A stretch of 64,000 bases of DNA from Antedon mediterranea (taxonomy: Eukaryota > Animalia > Echinodermata). Of this stretch, positions 1 through 15,724 are shown piece after piece. Position 1 is the stretch's first letter. Every line of letters starts with the position of its first letter. A program made the position numbers and the translations under genes. The stretch is taken from contig NC_092676.1 in the NCBI RefSeq assembly GCF_964355755.1, forward strand, positions 20,478,871 through 20,542,870, in the 5' to 3' direction. The notes under the pieces are model-generated. The model ran no database searches and was not told where the DNA came from. It worked only from the letters and a program-made list of their open reading frames with translations.

Positions 1-136
1 ATAATAATAATAATGATCTTATTCAAATCAGATAATTATCGGTTAATTTTTATCGGTTAATTTTTATCGGTTAATTATCGGTTAATTTTTGGCTGCGGAA
101 ACACGGACTATAATCAATTGATTCTTTTCTTGACAG

Positions 137-3100
137 TGTTTGTGGTTACCATCAATCGAATCATCAGACGCCCACGATCAAAACGGTTGGCTTTTAATTT
201 TATATTTGCAACTTTTGTAAACTTTTATTTCAATAAATTTGTGTTATTATCTGCTGTTAGCCTACAATCTTGATTGATTAATGTCATTGAGAAAAGAAAA
301 ATTAACGTTAATTTGATTTGCTTACTTACTTTATTTAGGCCCTAATATAGGCCTACATCATGTCTAAAAGATGGGCCTACTGTGGGAAAGATTGTCTAAA
401 AGGCCCACTGAAAGAAATGTTGTCAGCATCAGCAGTAACAGTTTTTTTATATATTTATTTCAAGATAAATTCGGAAACAACGATTTGGTGGAATTGTTTG
501 GAAGTGATAAACATCAAAGAGATGGACAGTCAGAACAAGAACATTTTGTAAAAACATTGATCGTTACAGACGATGAAATGACCAGTTTCCATGGTGATGG
601 TTTGGAAACGTATCTGTCAACACTTATTAGTATGGTAAATTACGTCACGTCTTAAGTTTTATTAATAATTAGTTGTATTGTCGCGAGAAAACAATTTCAA
701 GATATTTTATAGGCACCGTAACATTTAGAAGATTCATCTATACTTCTAGTGGCAGTGCTTCTACTTTTCTGATATTAAGTCTGTAGATTAAAACTAGCAT
801 TGCCTATTTCATGTTAGGTTTCGACTTTGTACAAATCACCGATATTGGAAAACAGCGCCACAATACGGTTTGTAAAATGGATTCAACTAGAACATATGCA
901 GGTAAGGACCTATTTCTTATAAAGAGCTAAAACATTTTCGATTGCTCATTCAAGAAATTAGAGTAAGATTACTTTATAATAATATGATGGTGACACGGTC
1001 TTGCAGAATACAACTATATGTCAGTGATTCCTGTTGGTAACATCTCCGGTAGAGTGCACTGCAGATCATGTAGCTGACACTAGACTCTATGTGACAGACT
1101 ATGCCAGTCATCTAGAAAATAGTCTACCTGTATTAAGTACTTTTAATACACGATATCTGTCACTAGGTAGACACACATCGTCATACTGTACATAATAATA
1201 GTATATTACAATTATTAATAACCTGACAACATTATTTTTGTTTAGGATGGTTTTGTTGTAGGCTATGAAGCATCTGATACACTTAGACAATTTTGTGATT
1301 GGCAGTTCAACGTATTGCATATAGACCTAAATGAAACAACACCCGACATTGATGTTGCTGTTCTTCTAACTAGGTAGGCAGATGACAAATGCGATTAACT
1401 GAGTTGAAGACCATTTAGCTTCGTACCAAGACACCAGACGCTACGCATTCTGTTTAAACGTATCATTAATTTAGTGTTTCCAGGCATTCTGTGTGTTTCT
1501 CTTTTATTTTATACTTTGTCCACTACAGGTTTGTGGTTTCAAGCGTTTTGTAACGTTATTTACACATTAATTTAAGGTTTTATTCTATTGTATCCTTCAC
1601 TTCTATTTTCATATAATTAACCTTACGTAAAAGTATACTAAATTGAATTTACGCTTCTTCACGTTTCTTCAGACACGACATAGGAAAATCAGAAACACAT
1701 AACGGAAGCGTTAGACGTATCAACATGTTGGGATTGTCCGATAGAGGAGGGGCGTGTAGTACACGTCACAGGTGTATATTGGTGCAAGACAACGGACTTT
1801 CTGCTGCATTTACAATTGCTCATGAAATTGGTCATAGGTAGGTTTCACCATGGGTTTTTTTTATACCTCCATGGTTTCACGAAATCTATAAGAATGATTA
1901 CCTAGGCCTATTTATACAGTATGAAATACGGTGTCGGCGGTTTGTTGGAAAAGGGAATGTATAGGCCTAGGCCTACACAGGCCGTCGTTGTATAAGTAGG
2001 CCTACGAATGAGTTGATGTCATTTTGGTACTTTTCGTATACGATACGGTATAATAATAACTACATATTATTACTTTTCTCCATAATTGATTTGTGAATAT
2101 ACAATGGTTCTGGATCTAAGTGTTGCTTTAACTTTCAACCAATCAAATTAAGCCGGTCAGATCCTGTAACTCACATAGTGTGTGTATATACCGTGACCCG
2201 CTTGGTAGGCTCTTTTACCTTGTTTGGGGTTCGTCGACATTGGCACTTGATGATTCGACCTGTTTTACATGCGGTGATTAATATTTAAAATGGAGAGAAA
2301 TTTGGGAAGAATGAAAACCAGAATAGATATATTTTGCATTATATTCAGTCTTGGGATGAAGCATGATGGTAATGATAAACTCTGTCCAGACGATGGTCAT
2401 ATCATGTCACCGGATCCACCGACAGGTCAACGAGCGTTCACATGGTCAGCGTGTAGTGCACAGTACCTTCGAAAGTTTCTAAGGTTAGTCCAGAAAATGA
2501 ATATTAAAAAAAAAATCATATATAATGTTCATAAAGAATGATGATGGATCTAAGGCTACTCCAAATAACGAATAAATAAAGTTATTATACTTCTGCAGTG
2601 TTTACTAATATTTAGTATAATTAACCATTATTTAGTTCAGAAAAATCGTCATGTTTACGCAGTGATGTTAAAGGAAATGTGGAAGTCGAACATGTCAGTA
2701 TAAAACCAGGCCAGGTATATGACGCCAAGAAACAATGTGAACTAGCGTACAGTGACTCTCTCGAAGAGTGCCCTGGTAAAATGGTAAACAATTTGTTGTA
2801 TAGGCCTACACATTGTGAGTGATGATAAAGTATTTATGAGTTGTTTGAAATCATATAAAATAAATGCTTTGATCGAATCTTGTTGTCAAAATGCGTAAGC
2901 GTAAAAAGTGACTGATAATTTAAAGATTATTTTCTCAGATGAAGCCCGTAGCCAAGAGTTCGTTGTCCACAAAAAGAGGAAAAATCGTCACAAGCTAGAC
3001 TAGAATTAGGCCTTTTACCATTGCCACTGGTCTCGCTTAAAAGGGCACTTCAGGTAAAAGGGGGTTCGTTCGTAATTTAAATTTTTAAAACTTATATTTA

Positions 3101-4582
3101 GTATGATTTACTGTTATTTTTAGGTCGAATGCACCATGCTGTGGTGTCTACGACCGTTGAACGGCAGTAGTACTGGACAGAGATGTACCTCGAACCTCAC
3201 ACCAAAAATGGATGGTACTAAATGTGGTGAAGGAAAGGTAGAGACACATTTATTCAGCTATTTCATAAGTATTTAAATAAATATAAATGTTTGTTAATGA
3301 TTTGTTTCATTGTAGTGGTGCGAAAGTGGAAAATGTGCTGATAGAATTAGTACAAACACGAAAGTTGAAACACACGCTTCTGTCACCACTGCGAATCGAA
3401 CCCATGATACTGTGACATGTTATGGGAACGGTTGTCACAGAAATACGGAAGAAGTCAATGATTTTAATGGTTAGATTAAAATTTCAGTTTATAGGCCTGT
3501 CATAGGCTATAGCAATCTCGAATAACTAGATTGTTGCACTATAATAATAATGATTGGGTAATAATTTTTGAACATACGCTTTTATATCAGCGGCACATTT
3601 CGACATGACGGTGCGTTATAGAATACTGACAGCGGAATCGAAACTTTCATTTTTCTTTTCAGTTCATAATTACACCTATTTTGAAAATCCCAAGCAAGTT
3701 ACGTCTCGTGATTATCCAAACAATTATCCCCAAAACACTGACCAGACTTACGTCATCAACGCGCCAAATGGTTACGTGATATACTTAGAATTTTCTTCAT
3801 TTCATCTTGAAAATCATAGCTTATGTCTTTATGATTATGTTCAGGTAGGTCAAAATGAATTATAATGGTTATATTATTTAATGACAATTTATAAAGGGCG
3901 GAAACCTATAACATTACGTTAATCGTGAAACCTACATGTGAGAAGACCACTAAGTTTCATACCTATATTTTCTTTTTTCTTCAGTTCTCTGGATGGGACG
4001 TTAAGTTGTGGGTCCCGTTTAGAAAATTCTAACCCTATCAGGAAAGAGTTCACGCTTCCCTGAATCAAAGATTTTTGGGAATTTAGCATTTATGAACATT
4101 CCCTGCTATGTTCCAGAAATAAATGCCGATGGCTATATAATCACATATTGATAATTTCGACTCCAGAGATATTTGTTAGAAGCGTGTCGCCCACATTTAT
4201 AATAATAGAAAGATAATATAGGCCTAGATTATACACAAAAGGGGCAAAATCGTCACAAGTTAGACTAGAATTTGGCCGGTTTATAATTACTTACACTAGT
4301 CTTTGAAAAGTAAAAAAGGGGTCGTTCGTAAATTTAAATTTTAGATTTAATTCCAGATAGATTTCGTAATGTTCATTTTTTTTTTTTTCCTAGATTTTTG
4401 ATGTTGGTTTAAATGAATATGCAATATACTGCGGACAACTGTCAACACCGTTTCACATTACGTCACAATCGCGAATTCTTAACCTGAAATTCTACAGTGA
4501 TAGTAGCATTCAGAAGTCCGGCTTTTCCTTCCATTTTATGTTTCTTCCTGACTTAGGCTTCAAGAGGAAATTCAGGGATTAA
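137..4582 (+). CDS. Secreted M12B (ADAMTS-like) zinc metalloprotease with disintegrin-like/Cys-rich and CUB domains; 5' partial
   Basis: Phase-consistent GT-AG exons: 137-185, 465-634, 818-901, 1246-1373, 1673-1837, 2349-2483, 2636-2783, 3124-3237, 3316-3469, 3663-3844, 4394-4582(TAA). The splice product has [49 protein letters not shown] (zinc motif split by the 1838-2348 intron), Met-turn HIMS, WSACS, PGQVYDAKKQC, LWC...DGTKCGEGKWCESGKC (ADAMTS disintegrin-like), then CUB (TSRDYPNNY...FHLE..CLYDYV...YCG...FYSDSS..KSGF). AATAAA near 4829. Exon 137-185 is the least certain. Confidence 0.88.
1842..1880. mobile_element. 25-bp CATGG...CCATG micro-element flanked by 7-bp direct repeat GTTTCAC (probable DNA-transposon excision footprint)
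   Basis: gtttcac(1842-1848) catgggttttttttatacctccatg(1849-1873) gtttcac(1874-1880). Confidence 0.55.
2968..3087 (+). repeat. Dispersed ~115-bp repeat; second copy at 4234-4342
   Basis: cacaaaa(a)g.gg.aaaatcgtcacaag.tagactagaatt.ggcc ... aaaagggg.tcgttcgtaa(a)tttaaatttt occurs in two introns of the protease gene. Confidence 0.7.
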
Positions 4583-5121
4583 GCAGGGATTATTTGGGGG
4601 TAAACTCCATGGATAATTACCCAATACCCTGAAGTGAATTGATTATCAGAATTATTTTTCCTAGTTCATAGGCCTAATCATGGTTGGACACGGTAGCTTG
4701 AGTAGGCCTAACATTTCTTTTTAGAATTTTAAAACAAATGAAATGAAAAAGACATGCCTGAAACATAACTGAACTGAATCAGTTCATTTATTTCGTATGA
4801 TTTTATTATTATGTTTAGGCCTGAACGAAATAAATATGAAATAATAATACGATGTTTTGAATGAGCTCTTTGTTTATTATGTTAACCTTTAATCTGTATA
4901 TCTATTATCCATCATCCCATATATTTGCATTTTTAAAGTATTTAATTAAATTCATATTTTCTGTAAAAAAAATGTTCTATTTTTATTTTCTTTTGTTTTA
5001 CTGTTTATTGCTATAAATATACGTGTGACAATTAGCATATTTGGCACTTTTATTCATTCACCACACGAAACATTATTTCTTAAGTTACATATCTTATGAG
5101 TTTAATATAAAATTTAAATTA

Positions 5122-5160
5122 GTTAATCCATGGAGAAATAATATTTCTCCATGGTTAATC
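5122..5160. mobile_element. 25-bp palindromic micro-element CATGGAGAAATAATATTTCTCCATG flanked by 7-bp direct repeat GTTAATC (probable excision footprint)
   Basis: gttaatc(5122-5128) + 12-bp perfect inverted arms around one central base (5129-5153) + gttaatc(5154-5160). Confidence 0.65.
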
Positions 5161-5308
5161 AATGGACGATGGGCCGATGTTGTAGGCTATTCGGCTTCTG
5201 TTTGTGTAATATTGAATAAATGGACTCTCATTTCTTAATCGTTAATTCCGGTCACGTCCCTGGATGGATCCTGCAAATCATGCGTGTGGTCAGGCCACCT
5301 GTGTCAGG

Positions 5309-6764
5309 CAAAGATCGTATAGCGCCACGTAGTGGCGCAAGATATGGAACTGACGCTCGAAAAATGATAATTCCATGGGCAGCCATTCCGGCAAGCGGAT
5401 TACCCAGTAGGCAATGCGGCACGCCACCAAATCAATGAAAACAAATAGGATTTACATCTACGCGATAAACAGTACGACTTTATTTTATCTTTCGCGTCAA
5501 AATGAAAGAACATCTATATAAAATTCGATTATATAAATTTACTCCATTTGATATTACACTTACATATGCGTATATCACTGTCCAACCTCAAACGGCTACA
5601 GAATAAACACTGACTGTATGGAGGACGAATTTTGTAGGCAGTCGGTTGAGGCATAGTTATAAATAGTGTCGCGGGGCGCAGCGCGATGCTACGCACTTCA
5701 CGCCCAAGGTCGGCCGCGTTTGGCCTAGGCTGGGATGATGGCTTAGTTTATGTGCGAGAGAAGCATTTTTTTGGAGATGAATTGTAATAATTGCCAAATA
5801 TATTGTCCAAAACTGTCTTTTTAATTTAAAAATAAAGATGAAGAACAAAATAAATATGAGGATCAAATTTATAATTTAAATTTATTAAATAAAAAAAACA
5901 AACAATTCATTCATTCATAATAACATTTATTTCTTATCATTTCAAAGTAAACAAAATAACAATTTAAATATAAATAATTAAGAGGGAACACCCAGAAAGT
6001 AATAACATTTGGAGGTTTCCCTCCAAAAAAACTTGTGACGGGTAGCCAGTTAAGAAATTGTAATCATATTGGAGTTTAAACAAACAGAAACAAAACAAGA
6101 CAAACAAACATGTAAAGCAAGACAACGACAAATTAACAACAATAACAACATCCTCACGATTTTTGATTTCATTACATTTAATTATTTCTGTTAATGTTAT
6201 TATTAATAAAACGCTATATTGTCTTGTACATTTTTATTAAAAATTCCTAATTCCCGAACAGCTTCAGTTTTTTTCTTAATCTTCCATCCATCCAAGCCTT
6301 GTTTGATCCATCTATCATCAAGACGCCAATCAATATCATTCATCCTCCCAGACTTTTTTTTATTAATCATACTAACTAAACTAGGCCTAGTATTCGGCAT
6401 TAAATATGCCAAGCCTACTACTACTAGTACTAGGCCCTAGATCGGATTGCGCAGAAACGCCTGCCTGAACTAAATTTAAACAACAATTTAATAATTTTGT
6501 TAATGTTTACTAACAAAAAAATATATAGGCCTATTCTAAAAACTTACCACTACAATTTACCCAATACAACACGAGAAAACTTCCCGAACAAACAATAACA
6601 CGTCACACGTGGATGTGGTTCAATGGTTTATTATACACTTCCGGGGTATGTGATCGCGTAACTTGCTTGCCGGAATGGCTGCCCATGGAATTTCACTCAT
6701 GCGCAGTGTATAAGAGATAGGAGTTCCCTATCTTGCGCCACTTCGTGGCGCTATAGTATCTTTG
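5309..6764. mobile_element. Non-autonomous TIR DNA transposon (P-element or hAT superfamily), 1456 bp, 8-bp TSD GTGTCAGG
   Basis: Left end caaagatcgtatagcgccacgtagtggcgcaagatatggaact matches the reverse complement of the right end (caaagatactatagcgccacgaagtggcgcaagatagggaact). Subterminal ttccatgggcagccattccggcaagc (5371-5396) is inverted at ~6668-6691. GTGTCAGG lies at both 5301-5308 and 6765-6772. No transposase ORF. Confidence 0.9.
5905..6030 (-). mobile_element. LINE (L2/CR1-clade-like) 3' tail nested in the TIR element
   Basis: Minus strand reads gagggaaac...gttccctc stem-loop, then AATAAA and a (TGAA)n tail (plus strand attcattcattc). Confidence 0.45.
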
Positions 6765-6809
6765 GTGTCAGGTGACAATCCGAATCGGCAGCAGCAGTAA
6801 TATAATAAG
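6765..6809 (+). promoter_or_regulatory. Candidate non-coding first exon / TSS region of PTGR1
   Basis: Donor AAG|GTAGGT at 6810, a TAGGCCTA/CTAG-rich zone downstream, and an acceptor at 7438-7439 just before the ATG at 7468. Inference only. Confidence 0.4.
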
Positions 6810-7467
6810 GTAGGTAGGTAGGTGGGACGGGAGTTCTAGCTATATAGCAATCATTTTAAACCCATAATAGATTGTTTCTAGGTTTCTGTGAAACTACTTC
6901 CACAATATAACCATCTTATAAGCCTTTAATTTTAGATGAATGAAGACCTTTAGCTAGCTAGAATCTAGGCTAGCCTAGGCCTCCTATATCTAATCTAGCC
7001 TAGCAGTAGGCTCTCCTCTATAGGAGGCCATGACCTGTGTGTGTTCAAGTGCAGCGAGGGTAAAAATATAATATAGCCTATCTAGGCTAGAGCCTATTAA
7101 ATATTAGGCCATTATGAGCTGATATAAAAATGCTATCAAATACATTCTAGCATCTTGTTTAATATCATATTATTAAATATTTTTTGGTATAATGTCATGC
7201 AATATATATTTTAATTTTTTGTATTTAAAAAAAACAACTGTGTGATGTCAGTCAACTGTGACAATAAAACATGGTCAACTATGCATATGATGTTATTGTT
7301 TACTGTATATTATTATATGGGCTGATTTAGGAAACAATGAATCTATAATCATATGCACTGTGATAGCCTCGCATGTCAGGAGCACTGAAAATAATAAATT
7401 GCATACGTCATTTGTTTTTAAGTATATCTTTCTTGGAAGACTACAACATATAAAACACAAACTAACC

Positions 7468-12598
<5,131 letters not shown>

Positions 12599-13209
12599 CG
12601 ATTATACAGCATTGAAAAAACTTGAAAGTGTTTAACTTGTTTAAAAGAAAGAAGAATAAGTCTCCTCTCTAATTTTTCTTTCCTATTCTAAACTAAATAT
12701 AAAAATGTTAATATTAGGTTGGTGATTCATATAATATAAATTTGATATGTGGTGGAAGGGAAACATTTAGAATACTGATTGCAAGTTCTTCTTGAATGCA
12801 GTAACAATCAGATTAAAATTATGTTTGAAAGTACTATTGAAGTTACTAGTAATTTAAACCATGCAAGTAATATTTTAAAAGCAACCAAAAATTACTATAT
12901 TTGGAATAATAATAAAATAATCAGTATTATAGAATACTGTGTGTAATTAAGAAATCGATACTTTACTAATAAAACAAATCACTAAATGTCGTCTTTGTAA
13001 GAGTCTTCATTTATTGCCAACATCATTGTTGAATTTCATTGGCAACCATTCAGGGTAGAAAATGCTATTTTATATCAACGGATGTTTGAACATATCCAAG
13101 GTGGTTTAGCGTCTTTACTCAGAAGGTGATTGGAAAGCTGTCAAACTGCTGGTAGAAAAGTGTTGACATAACGATTTTGAAGCATAGGCTATATATTATC
13201 ACATATGGG

Positions 13210-13760
13210 ATGAAGTTTACAGTCAGAAGACCTCATGCGGCTTGCTGTTTATTGTCGCTAGACACGATACAGCTAATAGAATCGGCTTTGACCTTCATTT
13301 TCTTTCAGAGTTCTCTGCAAGTTTTTGTGAACTTTACTGTGTCTTACAGTCACGAATATTGTTTTTCTGCGTTGTATATTAATGAAATACGTTTGAAATA
13401 GGGCTAATCATCATAATAGTTTACTGTCGGAAGACATAATACTGCATGCTGTTTAATGTCGCTAGACACGATACACCTCGTCGGTTCGGCTGTGATCTTC
13501 ATTTTCTTTTAGAGTTCTCTGCAACTTGACTATGCCTATACAGTCAGGAATATTGTTTTTATGCATTTTATATTAATGAAATACGTTTGAAATAGGTCTA
13601 ATCATCATAATAGTTTACTGTCAGAAGACATAATACTGACATCATTCGGCTGTGACCTTCATTTAGAGTTCTCTGCAAGTTTTTGTGAACTTTACTGTGT
13701 TTTACAGACACGAATATTTTCTGCATTGTATATTAATGAAATACGTTTGAAATAGGGCTA
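13210..13760 (+). repeat. Three diverged tandem copies of a ~150-200-bp unit in the 3' region of the NAT8-like gene
   Basis: agagttctctgcaa and tatattaatgaaatacgtttgaaatagg each occur three times (~13307/13375, 13511/13570, 13665/13730). Confidence 0.85.
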
Positions 13761-13896
13761 GCTTAATGTATATAAAGTTGACCACGTTGACACGTGTCAC
13801 GTACACAAAACCTGTTTATGTTCAACCTATTGATGGTAAGCGTAGGCAATGTTCCTTGCTGTATAATTATGAGCTCTTTCCCCCATATATACTGTT

Positions 13897-14583
13897 TTAT
13901 TCTTTTTTTAACTCCATCGTATATTTATTATGAGGTATGCTTGGAATAAAAATTGAATCACTTCCAAAAAACGGTTTTAGCATAATTCTATCTACTTCAA
14001 TAAAACCGCACTTTCTATAAAACCTCGTCGCCTTTGTTGACCATGTGGTGGCAGTCAAAATAGTCAATTCTGCATAGCCACACTGCGTACAGAACTCTTT
14101 GGCAGCTTCCACCAGAAGACGTCCGACACCACAACGTTGATATCCGTCACAGACGTACATCCTGCTAAGCTCTGCAATTCTATCACCGACTTTATGTATT
14201 GCAACTGTACCAATGATGGTGCCATCCAGAACGGCAACTTTATAACAGCAATTGCCATGAGCACACTGCTGACAAGCGTTTTGTCCTTCTATTTCTGCTT
14301 TTGTACATAATCTGTACCAAAGTTGTACTTGATAAAATCGGAAACAAAAACACGTCAGGAAAACAGCTATGGAACAGATTAACGAAGCAGTGAAGTACAA
14401 CGTCAAACAGCAAACTATGAACAATATTGTTGTTGCAAAAGAAAAGAATGTGAATGAGTAGATCGCGTTTTGAAAATATTTGTTGAAATCTACGATTCCT
14501 TTGGCGAATATCTTGATTGCTATATCAACCTCGTTCGGTTGAATATCACGAATAATGACGTCTTTCTGATACCGACGTGACAT
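13897..14583 (-). CDS. NAT8/camello-like GNAT N-acetyltransferase, 228 aa, intronless CDS
   Basis: N-terminal VIIRDIQPNE..IF..GI, hydrophobic hairpin (aa ~42-82), VAVLDGTIIGTV, AELSRMYV, acetyl-CoA motif YQRCGVGRLL, ATRFYRKCGF. Confidence 0.9.
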   Translation of the reverse strand: MSRRYQKDVIIRDIQPNEVDIAIKIFAKGIVDFNKYFQNAIYSFTFFSFATTILFIVCCLTLYFTASLICSIAVFLTCFCFRFYQVQLWYRLCTKAEIEGQNACQQCAHGNCCYKVAVLDGTIIGTVAIHKVGDRIAELSRMYVCDGYQRCGVGRLLVEAAKEFCTQCGYAELTILTATTWSTKATRFYRKCGFIEVDRIMLKPFFGSDSIFIPSIPHNKYTMELKKE

Positions 14584-15724
14584 CGTTATAAATCGAAATT
14601 CTGCTTCCGTCTGAATTAAGCTGGACGTTAAGAATTGGGAATTGCCGGTTAGTTATTATATAAAAGGCGCACTAATATACTCTCTCTCTCTCTCCGCCGA
14701 GTGTAGATTTGTCCCGGTAATTTTAATTAATAACTAGTGTAGGCCTATAAGCTAAATGTCATGGCACCAGCTTCTGCGAATAACAACCCTTGGCCCTACC
14801 AATTAATACAACCCATATGGTATGAAAACACTATGCATATTATTATTTAATTAATAAATAAATAATGTACCAGTTTATTTCTCCAATTTCAAAGAAATAG
14901 GCCTATATATAGGCCTAGTCATAATCCTACCATGTGCTACACTTCTAATAGCGCACGTGTGTACGTAATACTAATATACTCTATGGTATAATGATGACAA
15001 AATGTCTAGCAGGTCCTTTATCATTTTGTATTCTGAAAATAGTTATTATCATAAAATAGCCTAAAAAGGAAAAACTCTCCTAAAACTTAAAAAGTGATTC
15101 ACCAGAAGAACTACCAACTCAGAGCCATATATATAAAGAGTTCGGAAATTAAATGGATTAAAGCTATTTTTGTTGTTTAAAATCATGTTTGCAGTAACTT
15201 TATAACTTCGTTATTATTCTAACAAAAACCTTTAAACAAATTGATTGTTTGATATTAAATTTGATAGTTAAAGTCTTTTGAACGTTATACATTTTTAAAA
15301 CAAAGGACTCAACTCGATACTCTACATAGGAATAGTTGGACATAAACACAAACACGGCTTCTAATCCATTAAAAGTCTTTATGGCTCTGTGTACCAGAGA
15401 GATGTAATAAGAACACTCTCACCAACTACAAGTCGCACGCCCTCTATAGTGTACACCTGTGTCCTTTAGGCTGTTACAGTATTTGGTATTTAAAACAGAT
15501 ATTAAAATGCTGTTTATTATTACATTATTAATTACAATTAGAAATAATATTATAGAATTGCGAATATCTATAAATTATGTGTCTTTAAAAACAGTCAAGA
15601 GTATAAGCAATATCTGATATAAATATAGGCCTAGGCCTAATATTAAGTAATATAAAAACAATAAAACAGAGGGAGTATGCGTAATTCATTGATTTTTACA
15701 AACAAAACACAAAAATTGAGAATA
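14584..15724. promoter_or_regulatory. Divergent (head-to-head) promoter region between the NAT8-like and PLEKHA-like genes
   Basis: The two start codons face apart 1.14 kb from each other; TAGGCCTA-rich; TTATATAA at ~14656-14663. Confidence 0.5.
15120..15389. mobile_element. MITE with CAGAGCCATA...TATGGCTCTG termini in the divergent promoter
   Basis: Left cagagccata(tata)taaaga...aatggattaaagc; right reverse complement cagagccataaagac...aatggattagaagc; no clear TSD. Confidence 0.6.

Noticed and set aside
137-185. Alternative frames giving RRPRSKR (furin-like) or VCG (cysteine-switch-like)
   Set aside because: Both frames hit stops when spliced to the acceptor at 464; only the CLWLPS frame joins in phase (an unseen intervening exon is not excluded)
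5220-5866. ORFs inside the TIR element as a transposase
   Set aside because: Short, with no THAP or DDE motifs; the element is non-autonomous
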